Below are positions 44,624 to 54,337 of a stretch of DNA of 64,000 nt, piece after piece; within the stretch, counting starts at the first letter, position 1; the number at the start of each line of letters is the position of its first letter. This DNA comes from an uncultured Methanosarcinaceae archaeon (lineage in GTDB: Archaea > Halobacteriota > Methanosarcinia > Methanosarcinales > Methanosarcinaceae): the NCBI GenBank assembly GCA_963733675.1, contig CAVTET010000004.1, positions 1 to 64,000 of the forward strand, given 5' to 3'. The notes beneath the pieces were generated by a model. That model had not been told where the DNA came from, did not search any database, and was given only the letters and a program-made list of their open reading frames with translations. Position numbers and translations under genes: made by a program.

Positions 44624-45400
44624 TTATAACTCAGCCTTCCACTCATTAGCCTGGAATTGCTTCATCATATTCGCATTCTCATCTGGCTTTACAGTACGGT
44701 AAAGATGATGGTCAGATGGAATCACTTCAACCATAATATCGATCATTTCTTGTGGATCGTTCTGATGAGAAAAAATATCTTTGAAGTAAGGGAATTTTAT
44801 TAAATTTTTATCAGGATCGTACCACTGAGATACACTTTCTGCTCCAGTATCATTAAAACCAGTTAGGAATGCGCCTGGATTAATAGTCGCGACTTTCACA
44901 CCATAGGGCTCTAGCTCTTCTTTCATTGCCCAAGCAATGGCTTCGATAGCATGCTTAGTAGCGCAATAAGTTCCTACAAACGGTACCTTAAAAATTCCAG
45001 CCACCGATGAAATCCAAATAACCTTACCATCGCCTTGTTTTATCATTTTACGCGCAAAGCCCTGCGACAGCTCTAGATGACTGAAAACATTTGTCTCAAA
45101 GGATTCACGTACCCTTTCCAGAGGTATATCGACCATTGCACCACTTTCCATAATTCCGGCATTATTAACTAGAATATCAATGTCATAGGTCAGCGCACGC
45201 TGCTGATCGATATAATCTCGAATATCGAGCTTAACTACTTCAAGTTCGATAGCTTGTTCTTTGGCTTCACATCTTAAATCCCAGACCTGGGACCAGATTT
45301 GTGCAGCAGCAATAACTTTATGACCTGCCTTTGCCAAACCAAATGCTATCCCTTTACCAAAACCATGTCCAGCACCAGTAATAAGAATTGTCTTGCTCAT
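44624..45400 (-). CDS. Short-chain dehydrogenase/reductase
   Basis: TGAGHGFG, NNAG, YCATK motifs. Confidence 0.92.
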   Translation of the reverse strand: MSKTILITGAGHGFGKGIAFGLAKAGHKVIAAAQIWSQVWDLRCEAKEQAIELEVVKLDIRDYIDQQRALTYDIDILVNNAGIMESGAMVDIPLERVRESFETNVFSHLELSQGFARKMIKQGDGKVIWISSVAGIFKVPFVGTYCATKHAIEAIAWAMKEELEPYGVKVATINPGAFLTGFNDTGAESVSQWYDPDKNLIKFPYFKDIFSHQNDPQEMIDIMVEVIPSDHHLYRTVKPDENANMMKQFQANEWKAEL

Positions 45401-45508
45401 AATTTCGTCCTTCTTTCTAATTCATTAAATTCATTCCTCCCCCTTTTAGTCTCACAATCTGTCTCGTAGGAGATAGCCTGTGTGTTCACATTCGATCCTA
45501 TTTCAATT

Positions 45509-47863
45509 TCACTGCCGGACCATGGCAATACGCATCTCAGCTTCCTTATCTTCTATCAGTTGGCCGCTTACATCCACAGTCACGCTACGGATCTTGCCTG
45601 TGAACTCAAAGGGAGGACGGTAGTCTGGTGTGACTGGTGATCTATGAGCTGACCCACAGGTTACTCCACCAGTTAGTCCTAATGCAAACGGAGTAGTCAC
45701 AGGTACATCAACTTGACCGACTAACTTTCCATCTATAAATAGCTTAGCAATTCCAGGTGAACCCTTACCATTAGCAAAATCTGGCTTACCTGTTACCTCG
45801 AACTCAAACCCGAGTTGATGTCTCCCTTCAGGAACATTCTCATTGGACTCTACATGATAGAAAGCCCTAGATACGTAGTTGTATACCCAGTGAAGCTTTC
45901 CGTATTTGACATAGAATGAATATCCGCCATCGATACCACCATGAGAGAGTAATATCCCTTCAGCTCCTCCTGCAGGGATCTCAACATCGGCTAAAATACT
46001 ATGCGAGCGGTTGAGAACGTTGACTGCTACAGTTGCGGGGATCTCCTGAGTTCCGGGATAATAGGTGTAGTGCGTTCGATTAATTGTAATACTTGGCCGT
46101 TCATCAGTAATACGCAAAACTCCGCGACCATCAATAGGTAGCACATTATATTTTCCGGCTTCTGCATACCATGTGGAGATCATCTCAATTAATTTCGATC
46201 GATTCTCAGCAGCCACGTTAAAATTCTCTGCCCAATCCTTCTCAATATGATAAAGCTCCCAGCCTTTTGCGTCTAGCTCAGTTAATGTATCTGCAGAAAT
46301 AGGTTCGCCGAATGGTTTTCCTGCTTCAGTGAAAGAAAGGCCAGGCCATGGACATACGGCACGCCAGCCATCATGATACAGTGAGCGGTGTCCCATCATC
46401 TCGAAGTACTGTGTATGGTGCTTGGTTGGCGCATTGACATCGGCAAATGTATGTGCAAAACTTACCCCTTCGATAGGTGATTGACTTACACCTTTGATAA
46501 TAGTAGGAGGTTCAATTCCCAGGCATTCCAGAACTGTAGGTACCATATCAATAGCGTGAGCATACTGAGTGCGAATCTCTCCTTTAGCCTCAATTCCTCT
46601 GGGCCAGTGGACTATAAATGGATCACTTATACCTCCGCGATAAGTCTCTCTTTTCCAACGGCGGAAGGGTGTATTTCCAGCAAATGTCCAGCCCCAGGCA
46701 TAATGGTTGTAAGTCTCTGGACTCCCTAGTTTATCTAGAGCTGCGAGATTCTCCTCGAGAGATTCGAGCACATTATTGAAAAATCTGGATTCGTTAATTG
46801 ATCCCGTGGGACCACCTTCAGCACTTGCTCCGTTATCGGAAATTACCATGATCAACGTGTTCTCAAACTCGCCAATATCTTTCAGTAATTGCAACAGCCG
46901 ACCAATATGGTAATCGGTGTGTTCTAAGAACCCTGCAAAGACCTCCATCATACGGGCATAGAGTTCCTTTTCTTCAGGTGAGCATTTGTCCCAGGTCTTG
47001 ACATCCGGATCATGCCGAGATAGCTCTGTTTCTTTTGGAACTATACTAAGTTCCTTCTGCCGAGATAATGTAATCTCCCGGTAAAAATCCCAGCCGTCAT
47101 CGAATTTGCCTTTGTATTTGTCTGCCCATTCCTTCGGAACATGGTGAGGAGCATGCATGGCTCCTGGACAGAAGTACATGAAAAAGGGCTTGCTAGGTGC
47201 GACTTGTTTGGAGTCAGCAATGAACTGGATTGCCCTGTTCACTATATCCTCATTTAATGTGTAACCCTCTTCTGGAGTTTTGGGAGGGTCTATGGAATGA
47301 TTATCATATATAAGCTCAGGATAATACTGGTTTGTCTCACCTCCTAAGAAACCGTAGAAACGCTCGAAACCCCGTCCCAAAGGCCATCTGTCATAAGCCC
47401 CCGCTGCCGATATCTGTTCTGCAGGGGTCAGATGCCATTTACCGATAGCATAGGTGCTGTAACCATGTTGCAGAAGCATCTCTGACAAAAAGCCATTCTC
47501 AAAAGGTATATAACCATTATAGCCTGGATAACCAGTCGAGCCTTCGGTGATGCAGGCCATGTTGTTAGAATGATGGTTTCTGCCGGTAAGCATGCACGAG
47601 CGGCTAGGTGAGCATAGTGCAGTAGTATGCATATTGGAATAGGCAAGCCCCCCAACAGCTAAACTATCAAGGTTGGGTGTATGGATAGGGCTACCATAGC
47701 ATCCAAGTTGTCCAAATCCTGTGTCGTCCAGGATGATGAACAGTACGTTAGGAGCGCCCTCTTTAGAGCGCAGTGGTTCTGGCCAAGCTGGCTCTGACTG
47801 ATCTTCTGTGCGGGCGATTACACCTGGAAAAGTAGTTCCTGGTTTGTATTCTTTCATTGACAC
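45509..47863 (-). CDS. Arylsulfatase (Cys-type, formylglycine-dependent)
   Basis: PNVLFIILDD, LCSPSRSCMLTGR (CxPxR), GKWHL, SDNG; GTG start at 47863 after GGAGG. Confidence 0.93.
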   Translation of the reverse strand: MSMKEYKPGTTFPGVIARTEDQSEPAWPEPLRSKEGAPNVLFIILDDTGFGQLGCYGSPIHTPNLDSLAVGGLAYSNMHTTALCSPSRSCMLTGRNHHSNNMACITEGSTGYPGYNGYIPFENGFLSEMLLQHGYSTYAIGKWHLTPAEQISAAGAYDRWPLGRGFERFYGFLGGETNQYYPELIYDNHSIDPPKTPEEGYTLNEDIVNRAIQFIADSKQVAPSKPFFMYFCPGAMHAPHHVPKEWADKYKGKFDDGWDFYREITLSRQKELSIVPKETELSRHDPDVKTWDKCSPEEKELYARMMEVFAGFLEHTDYHIGRLLQLLKDIGEFENTLIMVISDNGASAEGGPTGSINESRFFNNVLESLEENLAALDKLGSPETYNHYAWGWTFAGNTPFRRWKRETYRGGISDPFIVHWPRGIEAKGEIRTQYAHAIDMVPTVLECLGIEPPTIIKGVSQSPIEGVSFAHTFADVNAPTKHHTQYFEMMGHRSLYHDGWRAVCPWPGLSFTEAGKPFGEPISADTLTELDAKGWELYHIEKDWAENFNVAAENRSKLIEMISTWYAEAGKYNVLPIDGRGVLRITDERPSITINRTHYTYYPGTQEIPATVAVNVLNRSHSILADVEIPAGGAEGILLSHGGIDGGYSFYVKYGKLHWVYNYVSRAFYHVESNENVPEGRHQLGFEFEVTGKPDFANGKGSPGIAKLFIDGKLVGQVDVPVTTPFALGLTGGVTCGSAHRSPVTPDYRPPFEFTGKIRSVTVDVSGQLIEDKEAEMRIAMVRQ

Positions 47864-48176
47864 ATCTTTTCCTCCAATCGCTAATTGACATTTTGTAAAG
47901 CTCTGAAAGAGAAGGCTAAATAGGGGAAAAAACTTTATTATTTTGACCACTTTTTGTTAGAATTCGTAATTTGGCATGTCCACGAGTTTTTGAAAATTAT
48001 AACCATAAGGCTCGTCCTACATTTCTCTAAAAATGGGAAAAGCACTTGTTTTTCATATTTTATCAATGACTCAAGGATATGACTCACAATTTCTTGCCTG
48101 AAGATCAATTATTAAAAAAATAAAGTGGTTTCCAGAGAGTTTATTCCCTGGTAAAAATCTGCTTTCCCGACTGACT

Positions 48177-48665
48177 TTATTCTTCGGCAAAAGTTGCACG
48201 CAGTTGGCTTTCTTCTTCCTTTGACAGGTTGGTAGCAATTATTTCAAACTTGGACTTTTTCATAACTTCTACTACTCTATCCTCAACAGCATCGCTAGTC
48301 ATCAGGAAGAGAGCTGAAGTGCCTTCAGTCACTTTGTTGCGAACAGACTTTATGAAATCTTCATTAATACCCACGTGGGTCATGGAACCGGCAAATGCGC
48401 CTATTGCTGCACCAGCAACCAGGCCAACCAAAGGAATGAAGAAGAGGATACCAAATAGTAGACCCCAAAAAGCGCCGCTCAGTGCACCTTCACCGGTCAA
48501 ATTAGTCAAGTGCTTTGTTTTTGGTTTAGTTTTTCCTTCAGGCCAAGTGACTATAGCCGCATCATGTAGTTTTATCATTTGTTGCTTACTTAAGTCCTCA
48601 ATCACTTCAAGTTCATTTTCTGCACCATCAGCAGTGTCAAACTTCAAAACTGTTAAAGTTGCCAT
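48177..48665 (-). CDS. DUF1269-family membrane protein
   Basis: DAAIVTWP, GALSGAFWGLLFGILFFIP glycine zipper, TNLSKEEE. Confidence 0.85.
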   Translation of the reverse strand: MATLTVLKFDTADGAENELEVIEDLSKQQMIKLHDAAIVTWPEGKTKPKTKHLTNLTGEGALSGAFWGLLFGILFFIPLVGLVAGAAIGAFAGSMTHVGINEDFIKSVRNKVTEGTSALFLMTSDAVEDRVVEVMKKSKFEIIATNLSKEEESQLRATFAEE

Positions 48666-49133
48666 TACTCAATCTCCTTTCATGCGTTCATATTTATTTC
48701 GCAGTTTTTTGGGTAGCATGCCGATCAAAGCTACACGTCTTTTTGTAATCTTCAACCTGAGAACTGCTACGATTTAGAAGAGCCGAAACAAGTCGTTTTA
48801 TCAGCTGGTAATCTAAAAATTGACCATGCGCTAGGTTGTTATCGGCAGCGTTGCAATCCATTGGTTAGGTGATCCATTAATAAGTATTATGCTTTTTTCC
48901 AATTTAAGGTCCATTCTCTCGCTCAAAATTTTCCCATATAACCGCAACTCTAGGACTTTTACCAGTCCACGGGTTTCTAATACATTCTTTTTTCGCGAGT
49001 CAAATTTTAAATGAATTTATGGGACACGTTGTTGTTTTTCATAATATCGGTTTATAACGATGTAGCTTTATCTGATACGACATATTATCTAAAATGAGAT
49101 ATATATTTGCATTAATTTTATTATCTGAAATCA

Positions 49134-49487
49134 TTATTTGGTTATTAAGGCGTGTGTTTTTAAAGTGGGGTACTCTTCATAACAATTGTCACATAAAACA
49201 GTTACAGTAGGGCTTTTACCCCGTTGTCTTACAGTTTTTATCATCCCACATTTTTCTAACTCATCCAATGCTTTCGGAAAAGCCCAACCTGGGATAGGTA
49301 GAAATAAGTTTATGCCCTTTAGGGTGACTACTAAGTCTTTAGATTTCTTAACTCCTTTTAAATGCCAAATATACATAGCCATCCTGTATGTATGCCCCAC
49401 CGAATTGGAAGGTAACTTTATAATCCATTCTGAAGGCATTTGCGATATGAAAGAGCCTTTTATTTTATCTTTAGAATTCACTAGCAT
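49134..49487 (-). CDS. Small winged-helix DNA-binding protein, candidate replication initiator
   Basis: KALDELEKCGMIKTVRQRGKSPTVTV helix-wing; adjacent to the repeat array and the polymerase. Confidence 0.6.
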   Translation of the reverse strand: MLVNSKDKIKGSFISQMPSEWIIKLPSNSVGHTYRMAMYIWHLKGVKKSKDLVVTLKGINLFLPIPGWAFPKALDELEKCGMIKTVRQRGKSPTVTVLCDNCYEEYPTLKTHALITK

Positions 49488-49588
49488 ACTTTACCCCAGT
49501 TAATATTATCATTAAATATTAAGAAGAAATAAAGAAGATATATTAAAGAAATATAAGTAGTAAAACAGATATCATGAGACGTTAGAAT

Positions 49589-49693
49589 TTAGCTGCACAG
49601 CTAATTAATTTTAGCTGCAGAGCGAAATATATTTTGCTGGGCAGCTAATTAATATTACTCCACAGTTAAATTGGAATTTGGCTCTACAGCTAA
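49589..49693. repeat. Five imperfect 16-bp palindromes (consensus TTAGCTG-CA-CAGCTAA), iteron/origin-like
   Basis: Units start at 49589, 49611, 49633, 49654 and 49678; a very AT-rich tract lies at ~49500-49565. Confidence 0.75.
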
Positions 49694-49739
49694 ATAGAAA
49701 AGTTTGTCCAGAGGCTTTGAGCCTCATTTATGGTGGGTT

Positions 49740-51509
49740 TTACTCTTGTTTTACTTCTGTGAGGATTCGCATAATAAGCTCCCAAGTTTCGGCACCTTTC
49801 TCATCTATATACCTGTCAGGATAGCGGACAATATCGACATCTGTTTTCAATCTGTTACCTGCACCCAAAACGATCTCGGATGCATCACACACCAACTTTC
49901 TCGCTATCTCTATCTCTTTGTCTACCGCCTTTTCGTCGCACTCAATCGTCAACGCATCGTGAACTGGAGCAACAATTTTAATTTTATTTTTTGAGAGAAG
50001 GATGCATGCCACTCTAAGAATTTCAGCTCCAGTAGCTTGGATTGGGAAATTTTGAACGGTCAACATTTCCTTATTACTGGAGCCTGAAACAATCATTTTC
50101 CATTTGTAGCAGGTTTCGATCCTTTTCATTAAACAGGCTTGAGTCCACGTCATATCTACCCAACGCCAATAATTTTTGAAGACTCTTTTGTGATGACTAA
50201 GCAGTTCTTTTGCATAAGGTGTAGGCTTATCAATTTTAAGACCAAGTGATTCTGCACCCAAGCCATACTGAACGCCTAGTACACAGGATTTAAAAAGCTG
50301 CCTCATACTACCATGCGTTTCTTTTGTAGCGTCTGCTGGAACTGCACCTGCCAGTTTTGCAAAAGCCAGATATGGATCCCTACTTCTATATGCCTCAATC
50401 ATATTGGGGTCATTAGAGAGAACTGCCGCAATAAAGAACTCTTGCTGCGCATAATCAATATATGCAAGCACTTTTTCTTCAGTAGGTTTTATTAAACTTC
50501 TCAGACTAGCAGGAAGTCCAAACATAAACCTAACTCTTAATTCTCCTCTATTCTTTTTTTCTTCGTCATCCTTAGGGGCATTTCTACCTGTCTTAGTCCA
50601 GAATGGGGAGATTAAGGTTCGACTCCTGCCATCTGAACCAGCCATAATAGACTTAAAGTTTAACCCACCGATAAGAGCTCTTAATTCCTTTAAAGGCCTG
50701 ATTTCGATATGGATTTCTGCCATTTCCTTAAAAGTTTCCGTGTCTATTTTTGGCAAATCCGTATAAGTTCTTGGCCACACCCAATTATGGACTTGAAGTA
50801 ATCTCACAAAATTATTTATCTTAAAACTTGTACCTTCATAAATTCCAAACTTGTCAATATTTTTGATTAACTTTAATTTTATTTTTTCCCAGTTTTCTTG
50901 TAACTTGTTAAGTAGATCGGTATCTATTGGTATACCATTATACTCAATTTCTGCCACATATTTCATATACTCCCCCCGATATAGAGAAGTTGGTATATCA
51001 AAATCAGGGACTTTAATCATTTGTTTGAATAACTCTGCTGTTTCAAGCACGTCAGATTCACAATAACGCATAATGTATTCTTGATCTTCTTCAGAGTCAG
51101 GACCGCCAGCTAAAATACGATCTCTTGCAGCGTCTTTCTCCACTTTGCTAATGGTCTCTATGCCAAAAGCTTCACACGCATCCAGTAGATTTGCGCCTCT
51201 TCGTTCATAAGAATGATTAGAAAAGCACCTGTACTCCACGAAAGTATCAATGATATTGGATGGTAAAGGCCAGTTTAAGATCAGGTGACGTCCCCACTCC
51301 GCTGAACTCATATGAGCAACAAATAAGTCATTCTCACCTATCTAGTAGGGTGGCTGTGGATTACTTTCTTCAAAAAGCCACATTTTTTTAGTTTCTCCAG
51401 AATTTATCTCATGGGAAGCAACACAAACAGGTATTGGATGTTCGCTCGGTTTCGCGATAAACTCAAAGTCTATCACGTAAATGTTATCAAAAAATTGTAG
51501 GGGGAGCAT
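49740..51509 (-). CDS. Family A DNA polymerase (3'-5' exonuclease + polymerase, no 5' nuclease), 589 codons with an in-frame TAG at codon 56
   Basis: ExoI IDFEF, ExoIII YCESD, motif A DYAQQE, motif B RQLFKSCVLGVQYG, motif C VHD; ATG at 51509 overlaps the upstream TAA; TAG at 51342-51344. Confidence 0.88.
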
Positions 51510-52078
51510 TAAAGCTCGCCTCTGAGTCTCTTTAAAATAGGGTGGTTATAGTCATCTATAAACCGGTCCTTGAAAGCTATCTCGATAGCTTTGACTATGT
51601 TTTCCGGTTCGTCAGGCCATTCAGGTTCAGGAAGTTTACTTATCGCTAAGACGATATCGTAAGCTCCGATTGAGTAATTCCTTTGCAGCTTTACCCATTG
51701 AGTTTCCCCTGTGGTGTATGCGATCCGTCGGGTACGATTGAACTCATTGTCCTTACCTTCCGCGTCAGGTTGGGCTATTTCTGAGAGAAAAATTTCACCT
51801 GACCCGTAGGTAATTCCAACGTGAATTCTGACAAGCTTTAGCCTTTTTGTCTCCATCACCTTAGGATACAGATCTGGATTGAGGAGGTCTTTTCCTTCCC
51901 CTTCACTGTTGCCACCTAAATCCAAGAGAGAAGTGTCGAATTTCCATTCTGGCCCTGGCCTGATCCTGAAAAATTCCACACCAGTGTTGGGTTTTTTAAG
52001 AGGAATTGAAGTCACCACGCGCTTTATAAGGATGGGGGTAACTTCGGTAACTCGGAGAGCCTCAAAGTTAAAAGGCAT
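51509..52078 (-). CDS. Polymerase-associated protein, putative ssDNA-binding/accessory factor
   Basis: Coupled to the polymerase gene (TAATG overlap); GGAGG RBS; PEPEWP...IAFKDRFIDDYNHPILKRLRG C-terminus. Function is an inference. Confidence 0.6.
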   Translation of the reverse strand: MPFNFEALRVTEVTPILIKRVVTSIPLKKPNTGVEFFRIRPGPEWKFDTSLLDLGGNSEGEGKDLLNPDLYPKVMETKRLKLVRIHVGITYGSGEIFLSEIAQPDAEGKDNEFNRTRRIAYTTGETQWVKLQRNYSIGAYDIVLAISKLPEPEWPDEPENIVKAIEIAFKDRFIDDYNHPILKRLRGEL

Positions 52079-52227
52079 CTAAAAAACCTCCATACTTGAA
52101 GTAAAAGTTGCTAGACTATACATGCAACTGCTAGATGCAGAGCTAAAAAAGAAACTATATTTGATATGAAAACTCTATCATTCATAATGCATCACTCTTT
52201 GTTTATGGGTTGATCTGTTCTCGTGGG

Positions 52228-52569
52228 TCACTCGTGCGAAAGTAAGCATCTTTCAGTGGTGTTTTGCGAAATTTCCGACTGCTTGGCCGCTGTGGACATT
52301 CGCGAATCACTAACTGCAACGTTTTTAATTAAGATGGCTTGTACTTTATCATATACATATCCTGTTTTGAGTATCAAAGCAACCTCTACTCTCGTTTTAC
52401 TGTTTCCAGAGTTGCTTCTCCTCTTATCGATGGATGCTCTTATTGGCAGGAGACGTACCTTAGCCATTTTCTCGATTTTGATCATTGTTTTATGTACTTT
52501 GGAAAGATGCTGATCAAGTTTTACATCTATCGTTAAAGTTTTATTTTTATAATATCTATTATTCATCAT
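52228..52569 (-). CDS. Hypothetical protein (element-borne, uncertain)
   Basis: ORF track only; co-oriented with neighbours. Confidence 0.3.
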   Translation of the reverse strand: MMNNRYYKNKTLTIDVKLDQHLSKVHKTMIKIEKMAKVRLLPIRASIDKRRSNSGNSKTRVEVALILKTGYVYDKVQAILIKNVAVSDSRMSTAAKQSEISQNTTERCLLSHE

Positions 52570-52638
52570 GATGCCCTCGATATTTTGATAGCCGGCAGTA
52601 TCTTGATCCGTATGCCGGTTACAATTCTAAGTATATTT

Positions 52639-52881
52639 TCATTTTTCAATTTTACTGTTGTTGTTTTTATCTCTGGATTTACTGATTTCATCCAAAGCAT
52701 AGGCAAAGCTGTCATAAAAGCACCCTGCTTGCAACTTATGGAAGATACAAAAAAAATCAGTATTCAGAGCCAAGTTAAGTTCGATCAAATACCTTAGCTG
52801 GGATAGCTTCTTCTTATCAGGAGTAACTTTCCATTGGATTTGTGGAAGTTTGATACTTCCTACAATCTTGTTTTTAAGCAT
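52639..52881 (-). CDS. Small hypothetical protein (element-borne)
   Basis: 80-aa ORF with GGAG RBS. Confidence 0.5.
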   Translation of the reverse strand: MLKNKIVGSIKLPQIQWKVTPDKKKLSQLRYLIELNLALNTDFFCIFHKLQAGCFYDSFAYALDEISKSRDKNNNSKIEK

Positions 52882-52947
52882 TAATCTCCACTCCTGCTGT
52901 TTTTAATATATCCTTCGCAATAACCCTATTTAACGGATTATCACTTT

Positions 52948-53253
52948 TCAACATGAGCAATAAAACTTCGTTATTTTGCTCACTAACAAGTCTTGCCCAT
53001 TCCGAAAACGAAAAAAATTATCTTTTCTGGTTATAGAGTTCATTACATTCACCTTCTTCCAGATGGTTGTGTTAATCTCGGTTCTGCGGGCCCGGTAAGA
53101 TTCTACAGGAACTGGGGTTATGATAATTCTTTGTTCATTGTCCATTTCGATCTTTACGTTTTCAGGATTCTCTGACCTGATCCACTGTATCGGCAGACTA
53201 ATTAAAAAGCTGCCTCCTTGTCTAAATATTGATCTTTTACCGATATTGAGCAT
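52948..53253 (-). CDS. AbrB/SpoVT-like DNA-binding protein
   Basis: KRSIFRQGGSFLISLPIQWI...VKIEMDNEQRIIITP swapped-hairpin pattern; GAGG RBS. Confidence 0.7.
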   Translation of the reverse strand: MLNIGKRSIFRQGGSFLISLPIQWIRSENPENVKIEMDNEQRIIITPVPVESYRARRTEINTTIWKKVNVMNSITRKDNFFRFRNGQDLLVSKITKFYCSC

Positions 53254-53424
53254 TTATGTTACCTCAATTTGACTTCGATATGACTAATGTTATAATTTTA
53301 TATATAGTTTTATATATTGATAAATAGATTTATTAGAACAACATATTGTGAGATAATAATATACATCCAACATGTTGGTAAAATATCACTATTATTTAAT
53401 AGAAGTTACAATTTGTCTTATAAC

Positions 53425-54228
53425 ATGGAAGAAAAACCTATCAAGAAAACAATAAAAGACAAAATTTTAGAAAGCTTAGTATATTATCCGAAAACAAACA
53501 CTCAACTGTTGCAAGAGCTGGGTTATAGTAATAAACAACATGGTAACATTTCTAAACAATTAAATCAGCTAAAAACAGATGGGTTTATTGTTGATGGAAA
53601 AGAAAAATCTCCAAATATAGATGACTATGCTACATCATGGTCAATAGTTCCAACTCTAGAAAATTTTAGGTATATAGGAAAAGATCCAAATTTAGTACCA
53701 GTGTTGCAAAAAAAAGATGTTGTTCTCGAAATTATTGCGGAGAACATGCGTGTTTCAATTATTCAAGATGTTATTCTGGATATAGACGCTACTAGTTCTC
53801 TTATAAGTAAGAAAATAATTAGAGGAGATCAGGAAGAATTATATTCACTTCTTGAAAAGCCTAAAAGAAAATTTAAGGAAATGTTAAAATTATCTCCTGT
53901 ATTCTTCAAATTTCATCTACTTCATGAAGATTACAACACGGACTCATGGAGTGATTTTGAAAGGGATATTGAAGAATTAGGACATATAGCTAAATTTCAA
54001 CTTATCCCTCCTCGTAATATAGTACGGTATTATCTATTTCTGAATTCATATGATTTTAAATTTTGTGTTGGTATAGATATGTTATATGGAAAATTAAGTG
54101 ATGAGGCAAAGAACTACTGGATTGAAATAAAAAATTATTTGAAAGAAGAAGAAATAAATATTAAGCCCATCACAGAAGCCGTCAGAAAAGCCATCACAAA
54201 ACAAGAATATAATTCTGCATTGAAATAA
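53425..54228 (+). CDS. Winged-helix transcriptional regulator-like protein
   Basis: KILESL..PKTNTQLLQELGY...NISKQLNQLKTDGFI; divergent from the AbrB-like gene; start corrected to MEEKP. Confidence 0.65.
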   Translation: MEEKPIKKTIKDKILESLVYYPKTNTQLLQELGYSNKQHGNISKQLNQLKTDGFIVDGKEKSPNIDDYATSWSIVPTLENFRYIGKDPNLVPVLQKKDVVLEIIAENMRVSIIQDVILDIDATSSLISKKIIRGDQEELYSLLEKPKRKFKEMLKLSPVFFKFHLLHEDYNTDSWSDFERDIEELGHIAKFQLIPPRNIVRYYLFLNSYDFKFCVGIDMLYGKLSDEAKNYWIEIKNYLKEEEINIKPITEAVRKAITKQEYNSALK

Positions 54229-54337
54229 ATTTTCTCTAAAGATCTTTTACCTAAATTTCTAAAAATATTAAAAGAATTTGTATTACAATATTATTGTCTA
54301 ATTGAGGAATTGGTTTCGTTTTAGACAACCATTAAAA

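Noticed and set aside
48810-48870. Integron attC-like site (…CCATTGGTTAGGT)
   Set aside because: Left end lacks a clean RYYYAAC, the hairpin is weak, it is a single copy, and no integron integrase is present.
49589-49693. Mini-CRISPR interpretation of the palindrome array
   Set aside because: Spacers are only 5-8 bp, units are degenerate, and there are no cas genes.
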